A DNA stretch of 64,000 bases from an uncultured Gemmatimonadales bacterium (GCA_963748815.1 CAVVKJ010000010.1:384001-448000); one strand, 5' to 3'; numbered from the stretch's first letter, positions 12,086 through 22,509 are shown. Numbers and translations: made by a program. Notes: generated by a model from the letters alone, not told the origin.

Positions 12086-12829
12086 TCACCTCAGCAATGC
12101 GTGCCAGTGGGCCTCGGCCCGTTTCAGGTCTTCGGGCGTGTCGACGCCGGGCAACGCCGAAGCGCTGAGGCGGGTCACGCCGATGGTCATGCCGTTCTGC
12201 AGGGCGCGCAGCTGCTCGAGCCGCTCCGCCAGTTCCGCCGGCGTGGGGGGAAGCGACACCCACCGCGTCAGGGAGGTCCGCGTATAGGCGTAGATGCCGA
12301 GGTGCTGCCAGTAAAGTCCCTCGGAGGGGTCGTCGGCTTCCCGGCGATGGGGAATGACGGAGCGCGAGAAGTAGAGCGCGCGCCCGTTGAGGTCGGTCAC
12401 GACCTTCACCCGGGCGGGGTCCTTGACCAGGTCGAGCTCGAGCGGCGCGGCGGCGGTGCCGACCTCGTCCCCCTGCGCCACCCGCGCCAGCGAACCCTCC
12501 AGGGCCTCGCGATCGAGGAACGGTTCATCGCCCTGGATGTTCACGATCACGTCGAAGTCCCGGTACTCTGGGCGGGAGGCCACTTCGGCGACGCGCTCCG
12601 TGCCGGTCGAGTGGCTGTCGTCGGTGAGCACGGCGTGGACGCCGGTCCGCTCGACCACCTGCGCCACCATCGGCGAATCGGTGGCCACGACCAGGCGGTC
12701 GACCAGGTCGTACGCGGCCACGCGCTCGACGACCCGGGTGACGAGAGGCTCGCCGGCCAGGAGCTGAAGCGGCTTGTTGAGGAGGCGGGTGGACCCGAGG
12801 CGGGCCGGGATGACACCGAGGACGCGCAT
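12086..12829 (-). CDS. kdsB: CMP-KDO synthetase
   Basis: [48 protein letters not shown]. Confidence 0.96.
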   Translation of the reverse strand: MRVLGVIPARLGSTRLLNKPLQLLAGEPLVTRVVERVAAYDLVDRLVVATDSPMVAQVVERTGVHAVLTDDSHSTGTERVAEVASRPEYRDFDVIVNIQGDEPFLDREALEGSLARVAQGDEVGTAAAPLELDLVKDPARVKVVTDLNGRALYFSRSVIPHRREADDPSEGLYWQHLGIYAYTRTSLTRWVSLPPTPAELAERLEQLRALQNGMTIGVTRLSASALPGVDTPEDLKRAEAHWHALLR

Positions 12830-12834
12830 CCCAA

Positions 12835-12863
12835 AATCTAATAGGGAGCGGCTCCCGCGTCAA
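12835..12863 (-). promoter_or_regulatory. Sigma70-type promoter of the kdsB-pyrG-kds-lpt-rpoN run, probably giving a leaderless mRNA
   Basis: TTGACG-17 nt-TAGATT on the minus strand; the -10 box ends 5 nt before the kdsB ATG; no Shine-Dalgarno sequence. Confidence 0.6.
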
Positions 12864-12932
12864 AAGTCGTGCCGGGAATCATCTGGGGGCTTGACAAACT
12901 GCTAGAAGGTTGTGTCACAAGGGCTTAGGCTG

Positions 12933-13943
12933 CTACTTCAGCAGCCCGACGAGCAAAATCGCCCCCAGAATGACGGCCCCGAGGATGATCGTCAGCCTGG
13001 TCGCGTGAGGAAGCCTGCTCCACCACGACCCCGGTTTCGCCGGCACCGCGCCGCCGAAGCCCGGGAGACTTGGCGTGCCCATGGCCTCGATGGCCTCGAG
13101 GATCTCCTCCGCGCGCTGGTATCGGAGGTTGGGGTCCTTGATAAGGCACTTCATCACCATCGCCTCGAGCATGGGCGGGACGTCGAGCCGCCTGGTCCGC
13201 AGCAGGGCCGGTTCGACCGAGACCTGGGCGGCCAGCATCCCCTGCGGAGTGGGGGCGTTGAAGGGGACGTCCCCCGTGAGCATCTCGTAGGCGACGATGC
13301 CCAGGGCGTAGATGTCGGCCCGGTGGTCGATCTTCGGGTCGCCCGCCGCCTGCTCCGGGGCCATGTACGCCGGGGTGCCGATGGTGAATCCGGCGGTCGA
13401 GCGCCCGGCGAGCACCGAGTCGGTGGCCTCGCTCAGCGCCTTGGCCACGCCGAAGTCGCTGACGAGGGCGTGGCCCTCCTCGATCAGGACGTTTTCCGGC
13501 TTGATGTCGCGGTGGATGACGCCGGCCTTGTGGGCGCGGGCCAGGGCGTCGGCCACCTCCCGGATCAGGCGAACCGCCTCGGGGATCGGGAGGGCGCCCT
13601 CCTTCTCGATCCGCTCACGGAGCGTGTCTCCGGACACGTACGGCATCACGTAATAGAGAATTCCGCCCTCCTGCCCCGAATCGATCAGGCCGAGGATGTG
13701 CGGGTGGTGCAACTGCGCGGCGATGTGGATTTCCCGGAGGAACCGTTCCGCGCCGATCGCCGTGGCGACGTCCGGCTTGAGGACCTTGATCGCCACCCAG
13801 CGGTCGTGCCGAGGGTCCTCGGCCAGGAAGACGGTGGCCATCCCCCCCTGCCCGATGAGCGCTGGCTTGCCGTCCACCCGCATCTCGAGGCGGTAGCGGT
13901 CGCCGAGGATGGCGTTGAGCCGGTCCGGCAGGTCGGCCTTCAC
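12933..13943 (-). CDS. Hanks-type Ser/Thr protein kinase with a C-terminal TM anchor
   Basis: GQGGMATV, VAIKVL, HRDIKPEN, DFG, GTPAYMAPE, ADIYALG; ends in a hydrophobic helix. Confidence 0.95.
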   Translation of the reverse strand: MKADLPDRLNAILGDRYRLEMRVDGKPALIGQGGMATVFLAEDPRHDRWVAIKVLKPDVATAIGAERFLREIHIAAQLHHPHILGLIDSGQEGGILYYVMPYVSGDTLRERIEKEGALPIPEAVRLIREVADALARAHKAGVIHRDIKPENVLIEEGHALVSDFGVAKALSEATDSVLAGRSTAGFTIGTPAYMAPEQAAGDPKIDHRADIYALGIVAYEMLTGDVPFNAPTPQGMLAAQVSVEPALLRTRRLDVPPMLEAMVMKCLIKDPNLRYQRAEEILEAIEAMGTPSLPGFGGAVPAKPGSWWSRLPHATRLTIILGAVILGAILLVGLLK

Positions 13944-15415
13944 TCGCCGGTCCCCCCGGTCGACGCCAGCGCCCGCTCGGCCGCCGCCATCCCGTCCACC
14001 GACAGCAGGCGATTCGGCTGCAGCGCCAGCGATCGCTGAAACGCGTCCTTCGCCTCACGCGGGCGGCTCATCGCGAGGAGCAGCTCGCCACGGAGCTCCC
14101 ACGTCGGCTTCACGATCGTCGGCGGCCCAAACTCGACCGGCAATCCGTCCTCGATGCGGTTCGCCTCGGCGATGAGCAGGAGTGCCTCGTCCCGGTGCCC
14201 GGCGTGGAACGCGACCGCGGCGTCGAGCGCCTTGGCGAGGGCATCGACCGAGCCAGGCATGGTGTCGTCGGGACGGGTTGCCGCTCGCGCCTGCAGCGCC
14301 GGGAACCGTGCCTGCTGGGCGGCCGCGAGACCGGCCTCGCCGCGCTGCAGCGCCGCATACCCCTGCGCAAAGGCGTCGGCCGCCTCCGACCCCGTGCTGG
14401 TGCCGGACGTCTCGAGCACGCTGTAGAGGGAGGGCGCGCGCCACTGGCGGCCGTTGATGATCTGCGCCGCCCGCATGCCGAGCGCGTAGCTGGCGCGGCC
14501 GCCGGTGAGCGGCGTCCCGGCGTGCGCCAGCGTGCGCCGAAGAAGCGAGTCGGCCTCGGCCGTGCGGCCAAGCTGCAGCAGGCCGTACTGCAGCCACTGG
14601 GTGTAGTGCCCCGGCGTCCACTTCGAGGTGTCGGGCCCGGCGGCGATGATGTTCTGGCTCACGACGTCGTCCCACATGCCCAGCGCGAGGAAGATGTGGG
14701 TCGTCATGTGCTGGGCGTGCGGCGCGCCTGGCGCGATTTGCGAGTAGGCGCGCGCAGCCGGCAGCCCGAGGATGGCGTGGTCGGGGTCGTCGAAGGAGTG
14801 GATGGTGTAGTGCGCCGCACCGGGATGGTCGGGATACTGCTGCAGCAGGGCCAGGGAAATGGCCCCGGCCCGCATGTAAGTCGGGATGACCCGCTCCCCC
14901 TGGCTCAGCCCCAGCAGCGAGAGCGCATAGAACGCCTGCGCCTCGGCGTCGGTCGGATAGGCGGCGGCCAGCGATCCCATCGCATCGGCGTAGAGGGTGT
15001 CCCGCCCGTTCTTCGATCCGGTTTCGCCGTACAACACCTCCACCGCGTGCAGATACATCCGTTCCCGCTCGGTCGGCGCGCGCGCCGCCCGGGCCTCGGC
15101 GGTCGGCGCAAGCCGGGCCAGGACGGCCTGCGCGGCCGGACGGTCCTGCTGGTTCCAGACCGGGTGGTTCAGCGTCATCGCCTCGCCCCAGTACGCCATG
15201 GCGAAAGCGGGCTCGAGCCGCTGCGCCTCCTGGAAGGCCCTGGCGGCGGCGGCATACTCGAAGCTGTGGAGGTAGAGGACGCCGCGGACGAATGCGGCCT
15301 GGGCGGTCGGCTGGCCCGAGGTCGGGAAGTCGATCGTGCCGAGTCGTTGTTCCTGGGCCGCGGCGGGACTGGGAGCCGTCAGGAGCAGGGCCAGCAGTGT
15401 CAAAGCTCGAGGCAA
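13940..15415 (-). CDS. Secreted TPR-like helical repeat protein
   Basis: Signal peptide; FAMAYWGEA, PDHPGAAHYTIH, APHAQHMTTHIF; helical repeats. Confidence 0.7.
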   Translation of the reverse strand: MPRALTLLALLLTAPSPAAAQEQRLGTIDFPTSGQPTAQAAFVRGVLYLHSFEYAAAARAFQEAQRLEPAFAMAYWGEAMTLNHPVWNQQDRPAAQAVLARLAPTAEARAARAPTERERMYLHAVEVLYGETGSKNGRDTLYADAMGSLAAAYPTDAEAQAFYALSLLGLSQGERVIPTYMRAGAISLALLQQYPDHPGAAHYTIHSFDDPDHAILGLPAARAYSQIAPGAPHAQHMTTHIFLALGMWDDVVSQNIIAAGPDTSKWTPGHYTQWLQYGLLQLGRTAEADSLLRRTLAHAGTPLTGGRASYALGMRAAQIINGRQWRAPSLYSVLETSGTSTGSEAADAFAQGYAALQRGEAGLAAAQQARFPALQARAATRPDDTMPGSVDALAKALDAAVAFHAGHRDEALLLIAEANRIEDGLPVEFGPPTIVKPTWELRGELLLAMSRPREAKDAFQRSLALQPNRLLSVDGMAAAERALASTGGTGE

Positions 15416-15502
15416 TGCATCGCTCCATCAGGGACAGAAGTCAGCCCACAAGACGGAGGAATGTCCCCGTGGACGCCGCCCACCGCAAGGGCGTGGGGGC
15501 GG

Positions 15503-17101
15503 TCAGTCGAGGGCGACCTGCCGGACGGCCGTTACCTCGGGTAGGGCGCGGAGCTGTTTCACGACGGCAGGGCTCAATCGGGCGTCGACACCGATGGCCG
15601 CGAGGGCCTCTCCCCCCGCCTCGAGCCGGGCTACGTGATACTGGCCGATATTGATCGTCGCGGCGGCCAGCGCGGACCCGACCCGGCCGATGACGCCCGG
15701 GACGTCCCGGTTGCGGAGCAGGATGAGGTCGCCCCGGGGGTGAATGTCGACGTGGTAGTCGCCGATGCGGACGACACGCGGGTGGGCGCCCTCGAGCACC
15801 GCCCCTCCCACGCGAAGGGTCTCCCCGTCGCCGGTCAGGCGCACCTCGAGGTATTCCGCATAGTCGTCGCGCGGACTGAGCCGGGTGCGCTCGACGGCAA
15901 TCCCCCGCCCCGTGGCGAGGTGCATCGCGTTCACGACGTTCACCGCGCCGTGTCCCAGGACCTCCGACAGCACGCCGATGAGCGCCGCCGCCGCGATCGG
16001 CCCCAGTCCGTCCTCCTCACGCCCCGCGTACCGGACCTGCACCGTCTTCAGCGGCGCCGCGGTGAGGGTCGCGCCGATCCGGCCCAGCCGCTCGGCCAGG
16101 TCGAGCAGCGGCCGGAGCCGGCGCATCCGATCCCCGCCCACGCCCGGGGCGTTCACCGCCCGGCTGAGGTCGCCGTCGAGGAGCGCGGCGCGCACGGCCG
16201 CGGAAATCTCAAGCGCGACGTTCTGCTGCGCCTCCTCGGTCGAGGCGCCGAGGTGGGGCGTGAGGACGGCGTTGTCGAGCGACCGGAAGGGGTGGTCCGC
16301 GGGCAGCGGTTCGACGGTGTAGACATCGAGGCCCGCGCCGGCGATCGCCCCGGTGCCGAGGGCATCGGCGAGCGCCCCCTCGTCGATGATCTCTCCGCGG
16401 GCGACGTTCAGGACGATGGCGCTCGACTTGAGCTTCAGCAGCTCGGCCGCGCCGATCAACCCGGCCGTGGCATCGGTCAACGGGACATGGACGGACAGGA
16501 CGTCCGCCTGCCGCAGCACCTCGTCCAGCGTGCCGAGATCGGCGCCGAGGGACTTGGCGCGGTCGGGCTGCAGGAAGGGATCGTAGATCAGCACGCGCAT
16601 CCCGAAGGCCCGGGATCGGGTGGCGACCTCGCCGCCGATCCGACCGGCGCCGACCAGCCCGAGGGTCTTGCCGTAGAGCTCGCCGCCGCCGAGCTTGGCG
16701 CGGTCCCACGCCCCCGCCTTCATCGACCGATCGGCCGCGGCGACCCGTCGCACGACGGCCAGCATCAGCGCCATCGTCAGCTCCGCCGCCGAGATGGTGT
16801 TGCCGGCCGGGGCGTTCAGCACGGCGATGCCCTTCTCGGTCGCCGCGTCGACGTCGATCGTGTCGACGCCCACGCCGGCGCGGCCGATCACCTTGAGGCG
16901 GGTGGTCGCTTCCAGGGCCGCCCGCGGCACCTTGGCCGCGCTCCGGACGATGACGGCGTCCACCTCGGTGAGCGCCTGCGTGAGGTCGGCGAGGCTCAGC
17001 CCCGGCTTGGTGATCAGTTCGAACCGCGGGTCCTCGCGCAGCGGGGCGAGGCCGTCGGCGGCGATCTTGTCGGCGATGAGGACGCGGAAGGTGGCGGTCA
17101 T
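15503..17101 (-). CDS. serA: D-3-phosphoglycerate dehydrogenase
   Basis: GRAGVGVDTID, GAGRIG, TPHLGASTEEAQ, C-terminal ASB/ACT region; own ATG at 17101. Confidence 0.95.
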   Translation of the reverse strand: MTATFRVLIADKIAADGLAPLREDPRFELITKPGLSLADLTQALTEVDAVIVRSAAKVPRAALEATTRLKVIGRAGVGVDTIDVDAATEKGIAVLNAPAGNTISAAELTMALMLAVVRRVAAADRSMKAGAWDRAKLGGGELYGKTLGLVGAGRIGGEVATRSRAFGMRVLIYDPFLQPDRAKSLGADLGTLDEVLRQADVLSVHVPLTDATAGLIGAAELLKLKSSAIVLNVARGEIIDEGALADALGTGAIAGAGLDVYTVEPLPADHPFRSLDNAVLTPHLGASTEEAQQNVALEISAAVRAALLDGDLSRAVNAPGVGGDRMRRLRPLLDLAERLGRIGATLTAAPLKTVQVRYAGREEDGLGPIAAAALIGVLSEVLGHGAVNVVNAMHLATGRGIAVERTRLSPRDDYAEYLEVRLTGDGETLRVGGAVLEGAHPRVVRIGDYHVDIHPRGDLILLRNRDVPGVIGRVGSALAAATINIGQYHVARLEAGGEALAAIGVDARLSPAVVKQLRALPEVTAVRQVALD

Positions 17102-18187
17102 GCGGCGAGCACCTCCTCGAGCGCCGTCAGCACCCGCTCCAGTTCCGGGAGGGTGTGCTCTCCCATGTGGCCGATGCGGATGGTGGAGTCCTTGAGCTTG
17201 CCGTAACCGGCGGAGATGGTGATCCCCTTCGCCTTCATCGCCGCGTTGACCTCGCCACCCAGCTTGCCCGGGGGCACGCGTCAGGCAGGTCACCGTCCAC
17301 GACCGGTACCCCTCCGGAGCCAGCACGCGCACGGGTACACCGCGCGCCGTCATCGCGTCGGCCCAGGCCCAGGTGCGCCTGGCCATCGCTTCGTGCCGCG
17401 CCCAGCGGGCCGGCATCGTTTCCGCCTCCATGCGCTCGAGCTGTTGCGCCAGCGCGTAGAGCAGCGAGAGCGCCGGCGTGTTGGGCGTCTGGTTCTTCAG
17501 GGTGAACTTCTCGAATTCGAGGAAGTCGAAGTAGATCCCCCGGCTGCGCTGCGCGGCGGCCCGCTCGAGGATGTTGGGCTGCGCCACGCCGAAGGCGAGC
17601 CCGGGCGGAAGCGCAAACGCCTTCTGCGAGCCGGTCAGCACGAAGTCGAGATTCCAGGCGTCGCTCTCGACGGGCACACCCGCCACGCCGCTGACGCTGT
17701 CCACCAGCAGCACGACGTCGCCCGCGGCGTGCGCCGCCTTGGCGAGTTCGGCGACGGGATTGAGCGCGCCGGTCGAGGTCTCGGAGTGCACGACCGTCAC
17801 GGCGTCGTAGTTGCCGCCCTTGAGCGCCTCGAGGAGACGCGCCGGGGTGTGGACGTCGCCCCACTCCACGGCGAGCGCGTCCGCTTCGAGCCCGCAGGCC
17901 AGCGCAATCTTGTGGAACCGGTCGCTGAAGGCGCCGTTGACCAGCGACAGCACGCGCTTCCGCGCGCCGTTTCGGAGCGCCCCCTCCATCAGGCCGGTGG
18001 CGGAGGAGGAGGAGATGTAGACCGGGCGCGCGGTGCGGAACACCCGCTGCAGCGCCGGCTGGATGCGGGCGAGGAGCTCTTCCATCCCCTTGCCACGGTG
18101 TCCGATCATCGGGCGGGTCTGGGCGGCGAGAACGTCCTCGGTCACTTCGGTGGGGCCTGGAAGGAAGAAGCTGCCGAACGGTGCCAT
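17098..18187 (-). CDS. Class V PLP aminotransferase (serine-pyruvate/phosphoserine type), frameshifted near 17275
   Basis: LPGPTEV, VHSETSTG, VDSVS, TGSQKAFALPPG; C-terminus GYGKLKDSTIRIGHMG lies in a shifted frame ending at 17098. Confidence 0.88.
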
Positions 18188-18253
18188 GTTGGGGCTCGCA
18201 GGTGGGGGCGGAAAAAGTCGACGGCGTAAGATAGGCGGCGCGAAGCTAAAGAA

Positions 18254-18916
18254 TCAGCCCGGGTCCGTGTGAAGAACCTCGGCGAGGACCGGGAGGAGCG
18301 ACGGGGACCGGATGACGGCGTCGGCGGCCCCGGTCACGGCCGTTCGGTCCACGACCCCGGCATACGCCACGAACCGGTCGACGGCCGGGCGGGCCTCGAG
18401 GTCGGTGATGCCGTCGCCGACCATGAGAATCGGCCCGGGGAGCGCGCTCCGCCACGCCTCCACGACGGTGCGCTTTCCGCCGGAGCGGCTGAGGGGCGAC
18501 GCCTCGTCGTAGCCGGCATAGCTCCCATCGGCGTGGAAATGGAGATCGACGGCGGCAACATGATCCGCGGCGAGCCCGAGCCATTCGGCAAAGGGAGCGA
18601 TGGCCGGCCGGAGCCCGCCGGAGAGGATCCGCACCTCGACGCCGTGGGCGCGGAGCTGCTGCACCGTCTCCCTCGCGTCCGGGACCGCCGCGGCGATGTA
18701 CTGCGCCGCCAGGGCGTCGACGGCGGCCCGGGTCGGGCGGATCAGCGCGAGTCGCTGGCCGTAGACCGCCTCCAGGGAGACCTCGCCCCGCATGGCGGCG
18801 TCCGTGAGCGCGGCGATGGCCTCGCGGTGGCCGGCGGCGAGTTCGTCGATGCCCTCGATGGCGGAGAGGGTGGAGTCGCAATCGAAGATGACGGTCCGGA
18901 ACCGGGGTGTGGCCAT
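18254..18916 (-). CDS. serB: HAD-IB phosphoserine phosphatase-like protein
   Basis: FDCDSTLSAIEGIDELA, ILSGG, MVGDGITDLEA; adjacent to serA. Confidence 0.8.
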   Translation of the reverse strand: MATPRFRTVIFDCDSTLSAIEGIDELAAGHREAIAALTDAAMRGEVSLEAVYGQRLALIRPTRAAVDALAAQYIAAAVPDARETVQQLRAHGVEVRILSGGLRPAIAPFAEWLGLAADHVAAVDLHFHADGSYAGYDEASPLSRSGGKRTVVEAWRSALPGPILMVGDGITDLEARPAVDRFVAYAGVVDRTAVTGAADAVIRSPSLLPVLAEVLHTDPG

Positions 18917-18922
18917 CCGGCG

Positions 18923-19843
18923 CTAGTTCCGACGCAGCGCGACGTCGTCGCTGCGGACGTTGCGGCCGATGACCAGGACCAGGAGGCGCGGCTCAAAGCC
19001 GGGGGCGCTCACCCGGACGTACTGGGTACGGCACTGGTCGAGGAGGGATGCGTCAAAGGTCAGGACGTATTCCCCGTTCTGGTCGGTGAAGGTGGTGAAC
19101 GAGGTGCCGATGATCTGGAGGTGGGCGTTCGGCATCGGTGCCCCGCCCTGCACCATGAGCACGCGGCCGCTCGCCGATCCCATCCGCGGCTCCCCCGGCT
19201 TGGTCGAATCGGGCATGACCGTCGGGCACTCCTCGGCGCCCGTGTCCGGCATCGACTGTTTCCAGGGGCGCGGATCGCGCGGGGCCATCCCCAGGCGTGG
19301 GCCCAGCTGGATGCCCCCGGGGGTGCCGGAGGAGGCCGGGGCCGAGGTCGGTGCCGGCTCGGCGGGTGAGGGGGCTGACGGCCCCGGGTTCAGGGCCAGC
19401 GGCATGGGCCGCGGCGGCGCGATCTTCGGCTGATTCGCCTCGGCGCCGTCGCCCAACCTGGTGGCGTCGCCGCCCGGATCCGCCACCGGCGAACGAATGG
19501 CACGGATCGGATCGGCTTGCGGATCGGGATTCTTTTCCTCGCCGCCGGATCTCGGAGCTGGAAGTGGTGGCGGCTTTGGCGGCCGGCGCCGCCTCAGGGG
19601 GGCGCGCGGCGGGAGGCAGGTACACCATGCGTACCTGTCGCTTCTGGAGCTCCTCCCGGGCGGCCTGAATCTCTTCGGGGGTGGCAGTGTTGTCGGGGTG
19701 GTGGCGGAACTCGGTCGTCGCTGGATCCACATCCCTCCCAGGATGAGGACGGCGTAGATGGCCAGCGAGATTGCCATGCCTTGCCAGCGCGGCTCGGGTC
19801 GTAGCGGTGGCGTGAGCGAGAACGCCCTGTTGGCAGGCATCAA
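18923..19843 (-). CDS. Membrane-anchored Pro-rich protein with a C-terminal carboxypeptidase-regulatory-like domain; possible compensating frameshifts at 19600-19700
   Basis: N-terminal TM, Pro-rich linker, then SGRV...FTDQNGEYVL...VSAPGFEP. Confidence 0.55.
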   Translation of the reverse strand: MMPANRAFSLTPPLRPEPRWQGMAISLAIYAVLILGGMWIQRRPSSATTPTTLPPPKRFRPPGRSSRSDRYAWCTCLPPRAPLRRRRPPKPPPLPAPRSGGEEKNPDPQADPIRAIRSPVADPGGDATRLGDGAEANQPKIAPPRPMPLALNPGPSAPSPAEPAPTSAPASSGTPGGIQLGPRLGMAPRDPRPWKQSMPDTGAEECPTVMPDSTKPGEPRMGSASGRVLMVQGGAPMPNAHLQIIGTSFTTFTDQNGEYVLTFDASLLDQCRTQYVRVSAPGFEPRLLVLVIGRNVRSDDVALRRN

Positions 19844-19876
19844 AGAAATATAACCCCATATGCGACAGCATGTTGC

Positions 19877-21253
19877 TTACGTGGTGTGCCCGTGGTCATC
19901 GATGATGACGCGTCCCATGCGGGCCTGCAATCGGTGCCGGACCCTGCCGAGCAGGATGACGGCGACCGCCGCCAAACCGAACACAAGCCCCCACCAGAGA
20001 CCGCGGGCACCCATGCCCGCCTGGAAGCAGAGGAAGAGGCCTGATGGAATACCTACGATCCAGAAGCCTATCACGTTGATGATCATGGGCGACCGAGTGT
20101 CGCCGAGCCCCCGCAGGACCCCGCCAGCCACGACCTGGATCCCGTCGAACACCTGGAAGATGCCGGCCAGCGGGAGGAGTGCGGCGGCCATGACCAGGAC
20201 GGCATCGGCGTTGGTGTAGAGGCCGGCGAGCGAACGCGGAATGGTCAGGAAGAGCGTCGCTGTGATGAGCATGAAGGTCGCGCCGACCATGAGGGCGGTC
20301 CGGGCGGAGCGGCGGGCGCCGAGGGGGTCGCCCCGGCCGACGGCCTGGCCGACGAGGACCGCGACCGCGGCGGAGACGCCGAGGGGCACCATGTAGGTGA
20401 GGGAGGCGAGATTCAGCGCCACCTGGTGTCCCGCCATCTGGTTGGTCCCGAGGCGGCCCATCATCACGCCGGTGAGGCCGAAGGCGCCGTACTCCAGCTC
20501 GAACTGGGCACCGATGGGGGCGCCGAGTCGGAGCATGCGCCCGAGCGGGGCAAGCCGCAGCACCTCGGGTCGGATGGGGAGGAGGTGATGCCGGAGTGCG
20601 GGCCAGCTGAGCCCGAGGAGGACGAGCGCCATGACCCACCGGCTGCCGGTGGTCGCGATGGACGATCCGGCCACGCCGAGGGGCGGCACGCCGAGATGTC
20701 CGTAGACCAGGATCCAGTTGAGGAAGACGTTCAGCAGGTTGGCGGCGACGATGGTGATGACGATGGCGCGCAGCCGGCCCATCGCCTGCAGCGTCTGGCG
20801 CAGGACGGCGTAGACGAGGAACGGCAGGACGCCGGGAATCACGAGCCGGGCATAGGTGGCGGCGAGGGGCACCACGTCGGCGGGTTGCTCGAGCCACTGA
20901 AAGACCGCCCCGGCGGGCCAGAGGAGTAGCATCGCCGGAATGGAAAGGAAGAGGGCGAGCAGCAACCCGCGCTGGACGCCGCGCGCGATCGCGGCGTCGT
21001 CCCGGGCGCCGACGGCCTGGGCAATGATGGGGTCGAGCCCCATCAGGACGCCCATGCCGAAGATGGCCACGGCAAAGAAGTAGAGGTTGCCGAGGGCGAC
21101 GGCGGCGAGGGCGGCGGGCGAGACGTGCCCTACCATCAGCGTGTCCACCACGCCCATGAGCATCATCCCCACCTGGACGGTGACGACCGGCACCGCCAGC
21201 GTGAGGAGCGCCCGCAGTTCTTCACGGGTCGGGAGGAGGGACAGGGTCGACAT
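19877..21253 (-). CDS. MATE family efflux transporter
   Basis: VDTLMVGH, LGVAGSSIAT, FQVFDGIQVVAGGVLRGLGDT. Confidence 0.93.
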   Translation of the reverse strand: MSTLSLLPTREELRALLTLAVPVVTVQVGMMLMGVVDTLMVGHVSPAALAAVALGNLYFFAVAIFGMGVLMGLDPIIAQAVGARDDAAIARGVQRGLLLALFLSIPAMLLLWPAGAVFQWLEQPADVVPLAATYARLVIPGVLPFLVYAVLRQTLQAMGRLRAIVITIVAANLLNVFLNWILVYGHLGVPPLGVAGSSIATTGSRWVMALVLLGLSWPALRHHLLPIRPEVLRLAPLGRMLRLGAPIGAQFELEYGAFGLTGVMMGRLGTNQMAGHQVALNLASLTYMVPLGVSAAVAVLVGQAVGRGDPLGARRSARTALMVGATFMLITATLFLTIPRSLAGLYTNADAVLVMAAALLPLAGIFQVFDGIQVVAGGVLRGLGDTRSPMIINVIGFWIVGIPSGLFLCFQAGMGARGLWWGLVFGLAAVAVILLGRVRHRLQARMGRVIIDDHGHTT

Positions 21254-21276
21254 GGAAACCGGCAAAGGGAGTGGGA

Positions 21277-21350
<74 letters not shown>

Positions 21351-21493
21351 GCGATCCGTGGCGGCGTGGAGCGCTGTATGATAGTGTGCTGCCGTGCGAA
21401 CCGACAGCATCCGGGGTCGGCGCCGGGGAAACCTCCACTGCCGTCCGCCCGTACGGCCCCTGTCCCACGTCACCACACCTCACGGAGGCCCCG

Positions 21494-22243
21494 GTGCTCG
21501 TTCTGTCACTGACGCTCGCCCTGCTCACGGTTGCCCCCTCGGCGGCTCCCCTGCCCGATCCAGTCACCGGCGCGGAGGTGATCCGGATGATGCAGGCCAA
21601 GTACGCGGGCAAGTGGTACCAGACGCTGACCTTCGTCCAGGCCACCAAGCACGCCGACGGGTCCGTGGAGACGTGGTACGAGGCGATGCGGGTGCCGGGC
21701 GCCCTCCGGATCGACATCGCTCCGCTCTCGGCGCAGAGCGTCATTCTGTTCCGCAACGACTCCATCTACCGCTACGTGGGCGGCGAGCTCAAGCTGGCCC
21801 GCCCGCTGGTGCATCCCCTGCTGCTCCTCGGATTCGACGTCTACGGCCAGCCGCCGGAGAAGACGATCGCCACGCTGAATGGGCTGGGATACGACCTGTC
21901 GAAGGTGCGGAGCGGCAGCTGGCAGGGACGAAAGGTCTGGATTGTCGGGGCGGCGGCGGGCGACAGCACGACGACGCAGTTCTGGGTCGACCAGGAGCGG
22001 CTGGTGTTCGTGCGGAGCCTGGGAACGAATCCGCAGCGGCCGGGGGTCGTGACGGACGTGCAGTTCAACAAGTTCATCAAGGCGGGCCACGGCTGGATCG
22101 AGACCGAGGTGCTCTTCCTCGAAAATGGGGTCGTCACGCTGACCGAGGAGTACCGGGACGTGAAGGCGGACCCGACGCCGGCGCTCAACCCGGCCATCTT
22201 CGAACCGGGGGCCTACCTGGCGCCGGGGTGGGTCACGGAGTAG
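21494..22243 (+). CDS. Secreted hypothetical protein (LolA-like / lipoprotein-sorting fold suspected)
   Basis: GGAGG RBS, signal peptide, ETWYEA..PGALRIDI, QFWVDQERL. Confidence 0.6.
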   Translation: MLVLSLTLALLTVAPSAAPLPDPVTGAEVIRMMQAKYAGKWYQTLTFVQATKHADGSVETWYEAMRVPGALRIDIAPLSAQSVILFRNDSIYRYVGGELKLARPLVHPLLLLGFDVYGQPPEKTIATLNGLGYDLSKVRSGSWQGRKVWIVGAAAGDSTTTQFWVDQERLVFVRSLGTNPQRPGVVTDVQFNKFIKAGHGWIETEVLFLENGVVTLTEEYRDVKADPTPALNPAIFEPGAYLAPGWVTE

Positions 22244-22259
22244 CAGCCAAACCCGGTAG

Positions 22260-22509
22260 TTGCGCTCCGGGAGGGACTTAGGTACCTTTGTTCAGCGGTC
22301 GAAGCACGTATACGCGGAATGATTCCGAGTGAACGTTGGGGGCCCGGCTGCATGCTGTGGCCCCCCTTTTGTTGCCGAGACCGTTGGGAGCGACCGGGGA
22401 TGTCCCTGGCGCTGTCGCACCACCCTTCCCGTGAGGGCTTGTCACGGGGCAGTAGAAGTCGGTATACACGGCAACGCCGCGGTCCGATTCAAGAATATGG
22501 AGTACAGCA
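22260..22509 (+). promoter_or_regulatory. Candidate promoter and long structured 5' leader of the csp gene
   Basis: TTGCGC-17 nt-TACCTT at 22260-22288, followed by about 215 nt with several stems. Confidence 0.5.

Noticed and set aside
12891..12930. TTGACA on the plus strand, plus loose AAG/AAC...CTT/GTT palindromes here and near 19851, 35788, 54283 and 56850 (dif/Xer-like)
   Set aside because: No -10 box at the correct spacing. The palindromes vary from 23 to 25 nt with poor arm symmetry, which is too weak to call.
15503..18187. 894-aa aminotransferase-SerA fusion in the ORF track
   Set aside because: The aminotransferase C-terminus (GYGKLKDSTIRIGHMG...ARRMT overlap) lies in another frame and stops at 17098, and serA has its own ATG. 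The fusion is a frameshift artefact.
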